Source: Calditrichia bacterium
GTDB taxonomy: Bacteria > Calditrichota > Calditrichia > Calditrichales > J004
DNA: 64,000 bases
Reading direction: 5' to 3'
Assembly (NCBI GenBank): GCA_020635035.1
Contig: JACKAO010000004.1
Location: 286,234-350,233, forward strand
Below the pieces are notes generated by a model that did not search any database, was not told where the DNA came from, and saw only the letters and a program-made list of their open reading frames with translations. Shown here piece after piece: positions 27,042 through 36,443 of this stretch. Both the position numbers and the translations under genes were made by a program. Positions within the stretch are counted from its first letter, which is position 1. The number at the start of each line of letters is the position of its first letter.

Positions 27042-28145
27042 ATGAATAAAATAGACTATGACATCCATGGTATTGTTGGAATCCGTTTAATAAACCCAAC
27101 ACAAACCGATGCTGATTTTATTGACGATAAATTAAACAAATTCAGAAAAAATCTTGAACGGGATCCTGATATTGTTTTTAGCTTTAAAGAAAACCTGGAC
27201 CTGGGGCCATTTAATTATCTGGGTCTGGATGCGTTGTTTACAGAAGATAGTTTTTATGCGGTTAGTAAAAAGGAAAACCTTAAAATTAAAATCCCCTTTG
27301 ATACTATAGGAGATAAATCAGAATTTATTGTTGAAAGTGGAAGTTACGATATCCCCTGGCTTTTTGATATTATAAATTTAACTTTTTTAAAAAAGAAATT
27401 TATCCCGATGCATTCTACCGCCTTTATGATGAATAATTCAGGGATTATGGTGATTGGCTGGTCCAAAGGAGGTAAAACAGAATCGCTGATGGCATTTGCA
27501 AACCATAATGCCCATTATGTAGGGGATGAATGGATAATGCTTTCCGGTGATGGCAGTAAAATGTACGGTATACCTGTTCCTATATGCTTATGGGAATGGC
27601 AATTTGAACACATACCAAAATTGCTTCCTAAAATAGGAATCCAAAGAAAAATACTTTTTAAAGGGATCCATTTTCTTAATTATATTCACAAACTTATAAA
27701 AAAATCCGCATTAGAAAGATCGTTTATTGCATCGATATTTAATAAGGCACTGCCACCTTTTAATAAGCAATTGAATATTCGCGTGACTCCTGAAAAAATA
27801 TTTCAGGAAAGGCAAAAGAGTTCTGCCAATCTTGATAAAATCATATTAAGCTTTAGCCATAATAGTCATGATTACAAATTGATAGAATCTGATTATAAGG
27901 AATTAGCTAAGCATGCTTTCTATTCGAATACTTATGAGCAATCTGAATTTTTAAATATGTACAGGGCGTATAAATTTGCATTTCCTGAAGGTAAAAATGA
28001 CTTTCTTGAAAACATTAATGAATTTCAATATTCTCTTATTATGGAAGCTTTTAAAAATAAAGAAACATATAAATTCTTTCATCCCTATCCTTTAAAATTT
28101 GAAGATATGTATAGCCATTTAAAGCATTTGGCAGATAATAATTAA
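27042..28145 (+). CDS. HPr-kinase-like P-loop protein (HprK-related kinase family)
   Basis: The segment MHSTAFMMNNSGIMVIGWSKGGKTESLMAFANHNAHYVGDEWIML parallels the HprK/P core (H-G-x-hh-G-x-S-G-x-GKSE...DD). The P-loop lies at nt 27456-27482. Confidence 0.55.
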   Translation: MNKIDYDIHGIVGIRLINPTQTDADFIDDKLNKFRKNLERDPDIVFSFKENLDLGPFNYLGLDALFTEDSFYAVSKKENLKIKIPFDTIGDKSEFIVESGSYDIPWLFDIINLTFLKKKFIPMHSTAFMMNNSGIMVIGWSKGGKTESLMAFANHNAHYVGDEWIMLSGDGSKMYGIPVPICLWEWQFEHIPKLLPKIGIQRKILFKGIHFLNYIHKLIKKSALERSFIASIFNKALPPFNKQLNIRVTPEKIFQERQKSSANLDKIILSFSHNSHDYKLIESDYKELAKHAFYSNTYEQSEFLNMYRAYKFAFPEGKNDFLENINEFQYSLIMEAFKNKETYKFFHPYPLKFEDMYSHLKHLADNN

Positions 28146-28168
28146 GAGTTGTAATTAAGGAGAGCTTA

Positions 28169-28852
28169 ATGGCCACGGTTGCTTTAATTGGTGCTGATGG
28201 AGCAGGAAAAACAACAGTTGCAAATACACTGGTTGCACAAAATCCTGATAAAATTAAATATATTTACATGGGTGGAAATTTGGAGTCAAGCAATATAAAA
28301 CTTCCTACAACCCACCTTATTGTGTTTATTCGCAGATTATTAAAGAAAAATTCTGATAAAGGTGTTTTTAATAAGTTAAATGAACAGCTAAAATCACCAG
28401 ATGAATGGTGGACCGGTGATAAAAGAGGTAGTTTTTTTGCGATTTTCAGGCTAATTAACCGAATTACTGAAGATTTCTACAGGATATTTGTTTCCTGGAT
28501 ATTTCAATTCAGGGGGTTTACAGTTCTGTATGATCGCCATGTGATGTTCGAAAAGATCAGAGATAAGAAGTTTAGAGATAATAAATTAAGATTAACTGAC
28601 AAAATTCATTTATGGATGATTAATAATATTTATCCTGATCCGGACTATGTAATTTTTCTTGATGCACCACCCGAAGTTCTGTTTAAAAGGAAAAAAGAGA
28701 CAACAGTTGAGTTTATCGAATATACGAGAAATATATATCTAAAAGCGGGTGAAAAATTAGACAATTTTTTTATAGTCAATGTAGATAAAGACCTGAATTT
28801 GATTTGTTCAGAAATAATTAATCTGCTTTTTGTTAAGCCTGTAAAAGCTTGA
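28169..28852 (+). CDS. NMP/dNMP-kinase-fold P-loop protein (thymidylate-kinase-like)
   Basis: N-terminal Walker A IGADGAGKTT (nt 28190-28216) and the late motif FLDAPPEVLFKRK, typical of this kinase fold. SD aggaga. Confidence 0.6.
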   Translation: MATVALIGADGAGKTTVANTLVAQNPDKIKYIYMGGNLESSNIKLPTTHLIVFIRRLLKKNSDKGVFNKLNEQLKSPDEWWTGDKRGSFFAIFRLINRITEDFYRIFVSWIFQFRGFTVLYDRHVMFEKIRDKKFRDNKLRLTDKIHLWMINNIYPDPDYVIFLDAPPEVLFKRKKETTVEFIEYTRNIYLKAGEKLDNFFIVNVDKDLNLICSEIINLLFVKPVKA

Positions 28853-28889
28853 ATAATGAGTATTAGAAATTATTGGAAATGATTGTAAA

Positions 28890-29744
28890 ATGAAATATGC
28901 ACTTTTTACTGCGGCAAAAAATGAAGAAGCTTTTATTAAAAAAACTCTTGAATCAGTGGTATCACAAACTAAGTTACCAGTCAAATGGATTATTGTTAGT
29001 GATGGGTCAACTGATCATACAAATGAAATAGTAGAAAATTATTCAGACAAATATAATTTTATTGAGCTAATTAGCATCTCAAAACAAGAACAAAGAAATT
29101 TTGGTTCAAAGGCAAAGGCATTAGAAACTGCTTATTCTAAATTGAAAATATTTGATTTTGAGTTTATTGGCAACCTTGATGCAGATGTTTCGTTTAACCA
29201 ACATTATTTTGAAAAAATTCTGTTAAAATTTAAAGAAAATCCACAATTAGGCATTGCAGGTGGAGTAAGATATGACTGGCATGGTGATCAATTTAGAATA
29301 GTGAAAAGTGCTCGTAATAGTGTTGGAGGTCCATTTCAATTCTTTAGGAAAAAATGTTATGATGAAATTGGTGGATATCTTGCTCTTCAATATGGTGGTA
29401 TTGATGCGGTTGCGGAAATCATGGCTCGTTATAAAGGATGGGAAGTAGAATCATTCCCAGAAATGCACGTTTATCATTATAGAAGAACTGGCTCTGCTAC
29501 CGGGAGTTTCATCAAAACCAGGTTCAGGTACGGTATAAAGAATTATATGATAGGATATCATCCAGTTTATGAGCTTATTAGGGCAATAAGGCAAAGTCCT
29601 ACCAAGCCAATAATTGTTGGCAGTATTTCACAATTGGTGGGATTTTTTTACGCAATGCACAAGAGATTAAAACGGCCTGTTAGTAATGAGTTTGTAAAGT
29701 TTTTAAGAACAGAAAATTTACAAACATTAAAAAAGTTAATATAA
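28890..29744 (+). CDS. GT2-family glycosyltransferase
   Basis: N-terminal GT-A pattern (TLESVVSQTKLPVKWIIVSDGSTDHT...LDADV). Confidence 0.8.
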   Translation: MKYALFTAAKNEEAFIKKTLESVVSQTKLPVKWIIVSDGSTDHTNEIVENYSDKYNFIELISISKQEQRNFGSKAKALETAYSKLKIFDFEFIGNLDADVSFNQHYFEKILLKFKENPQLGIAGGVRYDWHGDQFRIVKSARNSVGGPFQFFRKKCYDEIGGYLALQYGGIDAVAEIMARYKGWEVESFPEMHVYHYRRTGSATGSFIKTRFRYGIKNYMIGYHPVYELIRAIRQSPTKPIIVGSISQLVGFFYAMHKRLKRPVSNEFVKFLRTENLQTLKKLI

Positions 29745-29803
29745 TAATGTATAAATAATCTATTCTATAAAGGTAATAAATCGGATTCAGGCAAAGTTTT
29801 GTT

Positions 29804-30700
29804 ATGGTCTTATGTTCGGTATGTATTAATACTTTTAGGCGCCCGCAACTACTTACTATTCTTTTGGAAAGCTTAGTTAATCAGCACGTTCCAGAGTATT
29901 TGTCTTTTGAGATAATTGTTGTTGACAATGAACCAGAGCCAAAAAACCGCAGTATTGTCGAGAAATATTCAAATGAAAAGATAAAGGTTCATTATTTGCA
30001 TGAATGTACTAAAAATATAAGTTTAGCCAGAAATATGGCTGTAAAAAACGCTAAAGGAGATTACATTTTTTTTATCGATGATGATGAAATTGCGTGTTCT
30101 CATTGGATTTTTTATCTATATGATACTTTGGTTAAATATAGAGTTGATGCGGTTTTTGGTAGAATTATTCCCTACTTTGATGAGAATGCACCGGAATGGG
30201 TTAAAAACGCTTATATTTTTTATAGAGCTCAGAACAAGACAGGTACAAAAACAACCTACGGACGTACAGGAAATGCAATAGTAAAAAAAGAATGGTTAAA
30301 TAAAGTTGAAGGACCATTCGATGAAAACTTCGGTTTAACTGGAGGTGAAGATACCAATCTTTTTTCTAAATTAAACAAGCTTGGAGCAAAATATGTAGAA
30401 TGTTTTGAAGGATTTGTGAGAGAATATGTTCCGCCGGAAAGAACAGAAATAAGATGGATGCTCAATCGTGCAAAAAGAATGGGGATGATTTTTGTAAGAC
30501 GAAGCGTTTCAAATTCAAATTATCCTAGTCTAATAATATTAAAAATATTTGGAAAATCAATCATATTGTTTTTATTTAGTATAGTTTGTCTAACAATTTT
30601 TTATCCTGTAAAAAAGTACAGATTATTTTGGTTATTAAAAATTTCATCTTATTATGGTCACTTTGAGTCTATCTTTAAGCCTATTTCAATCGGTTACTGA
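29804..30700 (+). CDS. GT2-family glycosyltransferase with C-terminal TM helices (paralog 1)
   Basis: CINTFRRPQLL...IIVVDNE...YIFFIDDDE. The hydrophobic C-terminus is paralogous to the next gene. Confidence 0.8.
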   Translation: MVLCSVCINTFRRPQLLTILLESLVNQHVPEYLSFEIIVVDNEPEPKNRSIVEKYSNEKIKVHYLHECTKNISLARNMAVKNAKGDYIFFIDDDEIACSHWIFYLYDTLVKYRVDAVFGRIIPYFDENAPEWVKNAYIFYRAQNKTGTKTTYGRTGNAIVKKEWLNKVEGPFDENFGLTGGEDTNLFSKLNKLGAKYVECFEGFVREYVPPERTEIRWMLNRAKRMGMIFVRRSVSNSNYPSLIILKIFGKSIILFLFSIVCLTIFYPVKKYRLFWLLKISSYYGHFESIFKPISIGY

Positions 30701-30723
30701 CATATAACTAATAGCAGAAAAAA

Positions 30724-31650
30724 ATGAATATCGAAATTAATTCACAAATAGTTCTAAGTGTTTGTATTGCTACATTTAAAAGGTCAGAGCTTCTTAAAAA
30801 ATTATTAAAGAGTATTGAACAGCAAGAACTTCATGATAATATTCGTTTAGAGATAATTGTTGTTGATAATGATAAAAATGGTAGTGCAAGAAATATCGTA
30901 CAAGGATTTTCTGATAGCCAAAATATAAATTATTTCTATTTTATCCAACCGGAAAAGAATATCAGTCTTACAAGGAATTTAGGAGTTAAGAATGCTTCTG
31001 GCGAATATATTCTTTTTATTGATGATGATGAATATGCAGATAATAAATGGATTATGAATTTACTTAATACACTAATCTCTTTTAATGCAGATGGAGTTTT
31101 CGGAAAAGTAACTTCATATTTTTTACCAGAAGTTCCTTACTGGATAAAAAGTTGTTTTATATATAATCGACCTTCATTTGAAACAGGTTCTCCTGCCACT
31201 TTCACAAGAAGTGGAAACTGTTTAGTAAAATCATCATTATTGCATTCTGTTGATGGTCCTTTTGATCCATTGTACGGCATTACTGGAGGATCGGATACAA
31301 TGTTGTTTGGTTCATTAATAAAGAATGGAGCAAAATTTGTCAATTGTAATGAAGCTGAAACTTTTGAATTTGTTCCTCGACAAAGGGCAACCCTACAATG
31401 GTTGACTAAAAGGGCTTTTCGCACAGGCAATGGGTTTGCGAGGCGATTAATTCAGTTAAAAAAGAAAAATAAATTTTTATTTAAAATCAGATTTATTCTT
31501 ATAGGTATTTCTTATTCAATACTTAGCTTAAGCCTTATATTGATTTTATTTCCTTCCAAAAGTAAGAGAATACATTGGTTTTTGAAGCTTATTGCAAATA
31601 GCGGAAAATTTGCAGCAGTTTTTGGATATTTCCCCAGTGAATACTCTTAG
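30724..31650 (+). CDS. GT2-family glycosyltransferase with C-terminal TM helices (paralog 2)
   Basis: CIATFKRSELL...IIVVDND...YILFIDDDE. Collinear similarity to 29804-30700 along the whole length. Confidence 0.8.
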   Translation: MNIEINSQIVLSVCIATFKRSELLKKLLKSIEQQELHDNIRLEIIVVDNDKNGSARNIVQGFSDSQNINYFYFIQPEKNISLTRNLGVKNASGEYILFIDDDEYADNKWIMNLLNTLISFNADGVFGKVTSYFLPEVPYWIKSCFIYNRPSFETGSPATFTRSGNCLVKSSLLHSVDGPFDPLYGITGGSDTMLFGSLIKNGAKFVNCNEAETFEFVPRQRATLQWLTKRAFRTGNGFARRLIQLKKKNKFLFKIRFILIGISYSILSLSLILILFPSKSKRIHWFLKLIANSGKFAAVFGYFPSEYS

Positions 31651-31718
31651 TTTCTATCTTTGGTGGCTTATTCTCACGCTAAATTCATACTACATGGAAA
31701 TTTGATTTTTTAAACTTT

Positions 31719-33173
31719 ATGGATAAAAAATTTAAAAAAAATATTCTTAAGGGCTCATTAGCAACGTCTTTAGGTACCGTATCAGGTATGGTATTTCAGT
31801 TCTTAACTATTATGCTTATTGTCAGATATGTATCAAAGGATGAAATGGGCATTTATTCCCTTATCCTTATTGTTTCAAACATGTTCAGTTTGATAGCAGG
31901 CTTAGGTCTTGATCTTACAATGGTTAAATCTATTGCAAGTTCTAATGAAAGAGAGAATAAGGATGTGTTGGTACCGGTTTTAATTTTACGTGGTATTAGT
32001 GCTCTTTTATTTAGTGGAATATTTATATTTACAGGTAAATATATTCTTCATTTTTTTGATGATAGGATTTCACAATTTCTATTTTACATACCCATAATGT
32101 TTGTTTTAGAAAATTTTCGTGGATTATTTTATAATCTTTTACAAGGACTTAAATATTTTCGTCAATACTCAATTGTAAATGTTTCTTCATCATTTTTCAG
32201 GATTTTTGTGGTTTTAATATTTATATATTTTGACAAAATGGATATTGAAGCATTACTGATTATTGAGATCTTAGCGACAATACAACCTTTGGTGCATCAG
32301 ATTTTTGTGATCCCTTTTAAAAAATATTTAAATACTAACATTACTTTAGAAACATTTAAAAGTATTATTAAATTCAGTTTGCCTTTGTATTTAAATAATT
32401 TATTTGTTTTTATAAATGGAAGAGTAAATATTCTAATTATTGGATTCTTTCTTAAACCAGCAGATGTTGCAAGTTATTCTGTTGCAACAAAAGTACCAGT
32501 TGCTCTAAAAAAGGTTTTTTCATCATTTATTATCGTCTATTTTCCAAATCTTTCCAAATTGTTTTCAGAAGGGGATAATGAAACCGCTGCTAAATTTATA
32601 AACCGTTCTTTGGGGATATTTTCATTAGTGATGACCAGTCTCGTTTTAATTTCGTTTATTTTTAAAAATGAAATAATAACGTTGCTTTATTCGGATCTTT
32701 ATCTTGACACTGCATTGGTGGCCGCACTATTAATTTTAAATTTTCATATACGTGGAATTGCAGATTTAATGGGATACTCATTTACTCCGGCAGGACATCC
32801 TTCAATTCCTGCTAAAGTAAATTTCGTCTCTAGTATTATAAGTGTAGTGACAAGTTTGATTTTAATTCCTTCTTTAGGAATTATCGGAGCTGCTTTCTCC
32901 CTATTAATAATGAATGGGGTAAGTTCAGTAATGTATTATAAATATTTAGTTAAATATGATATCAAACCGGCTTTAAATGAATTAATCCGTCCTTTGGTCT
33001 TATTGGCAATAATCATTGGCGGATATTATTCTATTGGTTTGGAAGCCATAATAATTCAAATTGGTTTTACAATAGCATTTTTTGTTTTATCGTGGTTTTT
33101 TATAAAGGATGTGAGAATGTTTTATATTGCAGCTAAACGACAATTATCTAAATTAATTGCGCATAGAGTTTAA
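31719..33173 (+). CDS. wzx: Wzx-type oligosaccharide flippase (MOP superfamily)
   Basis: About 484 aa with 12-14 TM helices, and its position in the locus next to the polymerase. Confidence 0.75.
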   Translation: MDKKFKKNILKGSLATSLGTVSGMVFQFLTIMLIVRYVSKDEMGIYSLILIVSNMFSLIAGLGLDLTMVKSIASSNERENKDVLVPVLILRGISALLFSGIFIFTGKYILHFFDDRISQFLFYIPIMFVLENFRGLFYNLLQGLKYFRQYSIVNVSSSFFRIFVVLIFIYFDKMDIEALLIIEILATIQPLVHQIFVIPFKKYLNTNITLETFKSIIKFSLPLYLNNLFVFINGRVNILIIGFFLKPADVASYSVATKVPVALKKVFSSFIIVYFPNLSKLFSEGDNETAAKFINRSLGIFSLVMTSLVLISFIFKNEIITLLYSDLYLDTALVAALLILNFHIRGIADLMGYSFTPAGHPSIPAKVNFVSSIISVVTSLILIPSLGIIGAAFSLLIMNGVSSVMYYKYLVKYDIKPALNELIRPLVLLAIIIGGYYSIGLEAIIIQIGFTIAFFVLSWFFIKDVRMFYIAAKRQLSKLIAHRV

Positions 33174-33187
33174 AATCACTTTTATTT

Positions 33188-34474
33188 ATGTCAAAAAACA
33201 TAATAATCCCTGCTAAATATTCAGATTTGTTCGCTCAAATAGCTTTTTTGTTACTCTTGTTTTTTATCATTTTTGGTACTTCTCTTCCATTTAGAGAAAA
33301 AGGATTTGAGAATACCACCAATCCTGTAAATCAAATTGGTTTTAGTTTAATTATTGTACTTTCAGCCATAGCATTAATAAATCATAGAAATCTTTTAATA
33401 AAATTAATTTTAAAAGAAAAATTTATGGTTCTATTTCTAATATGGTGCATTGCCAGTTCTATGTGGTCACAAGATAGTTTTTTGACTTTTAAAAGATGGG
33501 TCCAAATTACTGCACCCTTTTTTGCGAGCACTGCCATACTATTTAGTAAAGAAAGTTCAAAGAATACATTAAAATATTTTGAATGGATATTATATCCGTA
33601 TTTAATTGCATCAGTATTAGCATCTTTATTTATCCCCCAGGCACTTGACCCACAATTTCATACATGGCGTGGTTTGACTTATACCAAAAATAATCTAGGC
33701 CAAGTTGGGGTAGTTGGTATAATAGTAAGTGCAATCGCCTTTCAGCAATCAGTATATAAAAGAAAAGTTTTAGCTTTGATTATGTTGATGTTGTCGGTAT
33801 TATTACTTCTTGGTTCCAGGAGTATGACATCAACCGCAACGCTGTTGATTGTCGTTGGTATTACAACAATAATGTTTGTAATAAATAAAATCTTTCCTTT
33901 TCCCAATATTGCTAAATTTTTAATAAGCTTTACTTTTGTTGGAATACTTTTTAGTCTTTTCTTTATTTTGTTATGGTACCCTGATTTTTTCGTACACTTG
34001 CCAGAATTAGCAGGAAAAGACCCTACCTTTACAGGGCGGACTCATATTTGGCGAATTATTGTAAATGAAATAAATAAACATCCATTTATAGGTTGTGGAT
34101 ATTCTTCTTTTTGGATTTTTGATAGTGCTGCTGTTGAATTGATGCAGGAAAAATTATTCTGGCTTCCAAACCAATCGCATAATGGATATCTGGATCTAAT
34201 AAATGAAACAGGTTTTATTGGTTTTTCTCTGGTTATATTAATGGTAGTTAAATATTTTTGGATTCTGTCAAAGAGTAAAATTGATAGTCAATGGAAATGG
34301 ATAATTGTTGCTACAATAGGGATTAATTTTCTGGAATCGGATTTGTTCCGACCAAAGCATCTTACAGGGACATTGTTTATTTTTTCATATTTAGCTTTTT
34401 ATAATGATTTAATGCTTCCCACAGATTCTGAGAATCTGGATTCTAATGCAGATTCAGATTTTCTGGGGCATTAA
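33188..34474 (+). CDS. O-antigen polymerase/ligase family membrane protein (Wzy-like)
   Basis: Polytopic, with a Wzy_C-like loop (RSMTSTA...) and NQSHNGYLDLINETGFIG. Confidence 0.7.
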   Translation: MSKNIIIPAKYSDLFAQIAFLLLLFFIIFGTSLPFREKGFENTTNPVNQIGFSLIIVLSAIALINHRNLLIKLILKEKFMVLFLIWCIASSMWSQDSFLTFKRWVQITAPFFASTAILFSKESSKNTLKYFEWILYPYLIASVLASLFIPQALDPQFHTWRGLTYTKNNLGQVGVVGIIVSAIAFQQSVYKRKVLALIMLMLSVLLLLGSRSMTSTATLLIVVGITTIMFVINKIFPFPNIAKFLISFTFVGILFSLFFILLWYPDFFVHLPELAGKDPTFTGRTHIWRIIVNEINKHPFIGCGYSSFWIFDSAAVELMQEKLFWLPNQSHNGYLDLINETGFIGFSLVILMVVKYFWILSKSKIDSQWKWIIVATIGINFLESDLFRPKHLTGTLFIFSYLAFYNDLMLPTDSENLDSNADSDFLGH

Positions 34475-36044
34475 TAATGCTTTTTTGATCTTCTGGAATA
34501 AATTTCCCTTTGTTAAATCGATCCTGAGCAGGTAAAAGGTTTGTATTTGGTGATACATCTCCTCCCAAAAATGGCCAAGGTAAACTTCCAAACCAAGTAG
34601 GTCTTTGTTTCAAATATAAAGAATTTGGAAAAACTCTTTCATTGATACCTGGATCCCATGAAACTAATCCTTCATTATAATTATAATTTCCATGAATAAT
34701 TTCATTAGTCGATTTAATAATAATAGCTTCTTGGGATGAAGTGGATGCAATGCCTAACTCGTTTCCTATTATATTTTGAAAGGGGTTGTTTTCTTCAATT
34801 TTAATAAATGCAAACTCTTCAGAATCATCTAAATAATGACTTACATCTTTTTCAATTCGATTTCTAAAAAAAGTGGTCGGACCATTTGTTCCCCAAACAT
34901 TATCAACAAGTATATATTGGATGGTATTACCTTCGAATAAATTTTGATAAGAATATTGGCCATGAACGGCAACATCTGACATTAACCAATCATTACCTTC
35001 TTCAAAAAACGGATCCTTGGAATAATTATATCCAAAAACATTTCCTGTTGCTCCCATTTGCAGAGCCATTGAATGCCTTAACCTTTCAAAGATGTTGTTT
35101 TCGATGAGATTGTCAGTTGATTGTGCCTCTATTGTTATGCCATAGCCTTGGCCACCAGAACCGAAAACATGTGAATCATGAAAAAAATTCTCTCTGATTT
35201 CACTCTTATATGTTCTTCTCAGCATAACATGAGAAGTTAATGTCTTTTCAGACCAAACATTTTTTATCCAACAATATGCTGCATTTGTAAGAATTATATT
35301 ACTTCCCCAATCATTATTATTAACACGCTCGATATACATATTTTCTATCCCCGCATACTCAACCATATCTATTGCGCGTATTCTTGGCTTCATGTCTGGA
35401 TTATATGAATAATACAAAGCCTTATTTAGTGTTATTGTATTTCCTGAAATACCAGACACTTTTAATATTTGCCCGACAGATTCATCATCCCAGGAGCCAT
35501 TCCTTCCTTCTGTATAAACGTCAGGGTCATTATCCTGCAGAATTTGTACGATTCCACCAATTTTTAAATTTGAGTTGTTTTCAACCTCAATAGTATTTGA
35601 ACCTTTTAAATACCCATCTATTATATTAGTCCAACCTGATTCATCCCAACTTTCAATAGAAATACAATTTGCACCATCATTAAAATTGAAATTTATTTTT
35701 GTTTTTGAAAATCCTTCACCTCTTAAAACAATTCCTTTTTTTATTTTTAATGTTGATGTTATCAGGTAAGTCCCTTCAGGAATAAACAGAGCATTACCCT
35801 CTGCAGTAGCACTTATTGCATTTTTAAAGGCTTGAGTATCATCGCTTACACCGTTTCCGGAAGCACCAAAATCTTTGACATTTGTTTGTACCGGATAAAC
35901 AGGAATTGTGACTTCCAATCCGGGATTCCATTCAATTCTTCGTTCAGAAGGAATAATAGTATCTATCGATGTTTGCAGATGGGATTTTTGATACAGCACT
36001 ATAAGAAAAAAAAATATTAATAAATACAATCTCTTTCCTGTCAT
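34443..36044 (-). CDS. Secreted right-handed beta-helix protein (pectate-lyase-3 / GH28-related fold)
   Basis: Signal peptide (start chosen at ATG 36044) and the NVKDFGASGNGVSDDTQAFKNAI motif typical of Pectate_lyase_3 domains. Its 3' end overlaps the Wzy-like gene by 32 nt in a convergent arrangement. Confidence 0.75.
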   Translation of the reverse strand: MTGKRLYLLIFFFLIVLYQKSHLQTSIDTIIPSERRIEWNPGLEVTIPVYPVQTNVKDFGASGNGVSDDTQAFKNAISATAEGNALFIPEGTYLITSTLKIKKGIVLRGEGFSKTKINFNFNDGANCISIESWDESGWTNIIDGYLKGSNTIEVENNSNLKIGGIVQILQDNDPDVYTEGRNGSWDDESVGQILKVSGISGNTITLNKALYYSYNPDMKPRIRAIDMVEYAGIENMYIERVNNNDWGSNIILTNAAYCWIKNVWSEKTLTSHVMLRRTYKSEIRENFFHDSHVFGSGGQGYGITIEAQSTDNLIENNIFERLRHSMALQMGATGNVFGYNYSKDPFFEEGNDWLMSDVAVHGQYSYQNLFEGNTIQYILVDNVWGTNGPTTFFRNRIEKDVSHYLDDSEEFAFIKIEENNPFQNIIGNELGIASTSSQEAIIIKSTNEIIHGNYNYNEGLVSWDPGINERVFPNSLYLKQRPTWFGSLPWPFLGGDVSPNTNLLPAQDRFNKGKFIPEDQKSIINAPENLNLH

Positions 36045-36443
36045 ACTAAAATCCTTTTGTTTTTTATAAATATATATCAACTACTTACAACTAATATGCC
36101 AACATTGGTTTTTTTTAACCAGCGAAAATAAGTTTTAAAGAAAGAGCTATAAACTGAAAAAATTGAGATTTTGTATAACGTCTTTTTTTTAATCTGTTTA
36201 TTTTGTAATTTCAATTAAATTATTGGAATAAATTTAGTAATATTTCTCTTTTGTGTATTAGTACATCCGTTAATTATAGTATTAAGCGTAAATGATTATT
36301 CTTTTGATGTATTTTGAGTAGTTAATTTAATCATTTATAATACAAATGTGACAATTGACAAATAAATTTTAGCTTTTAAATATAGATTAAAGCTTTTTCT
36401 AATTCTGTTGTTAAAACATGGATTTTTTTACAATGGTAAAATT

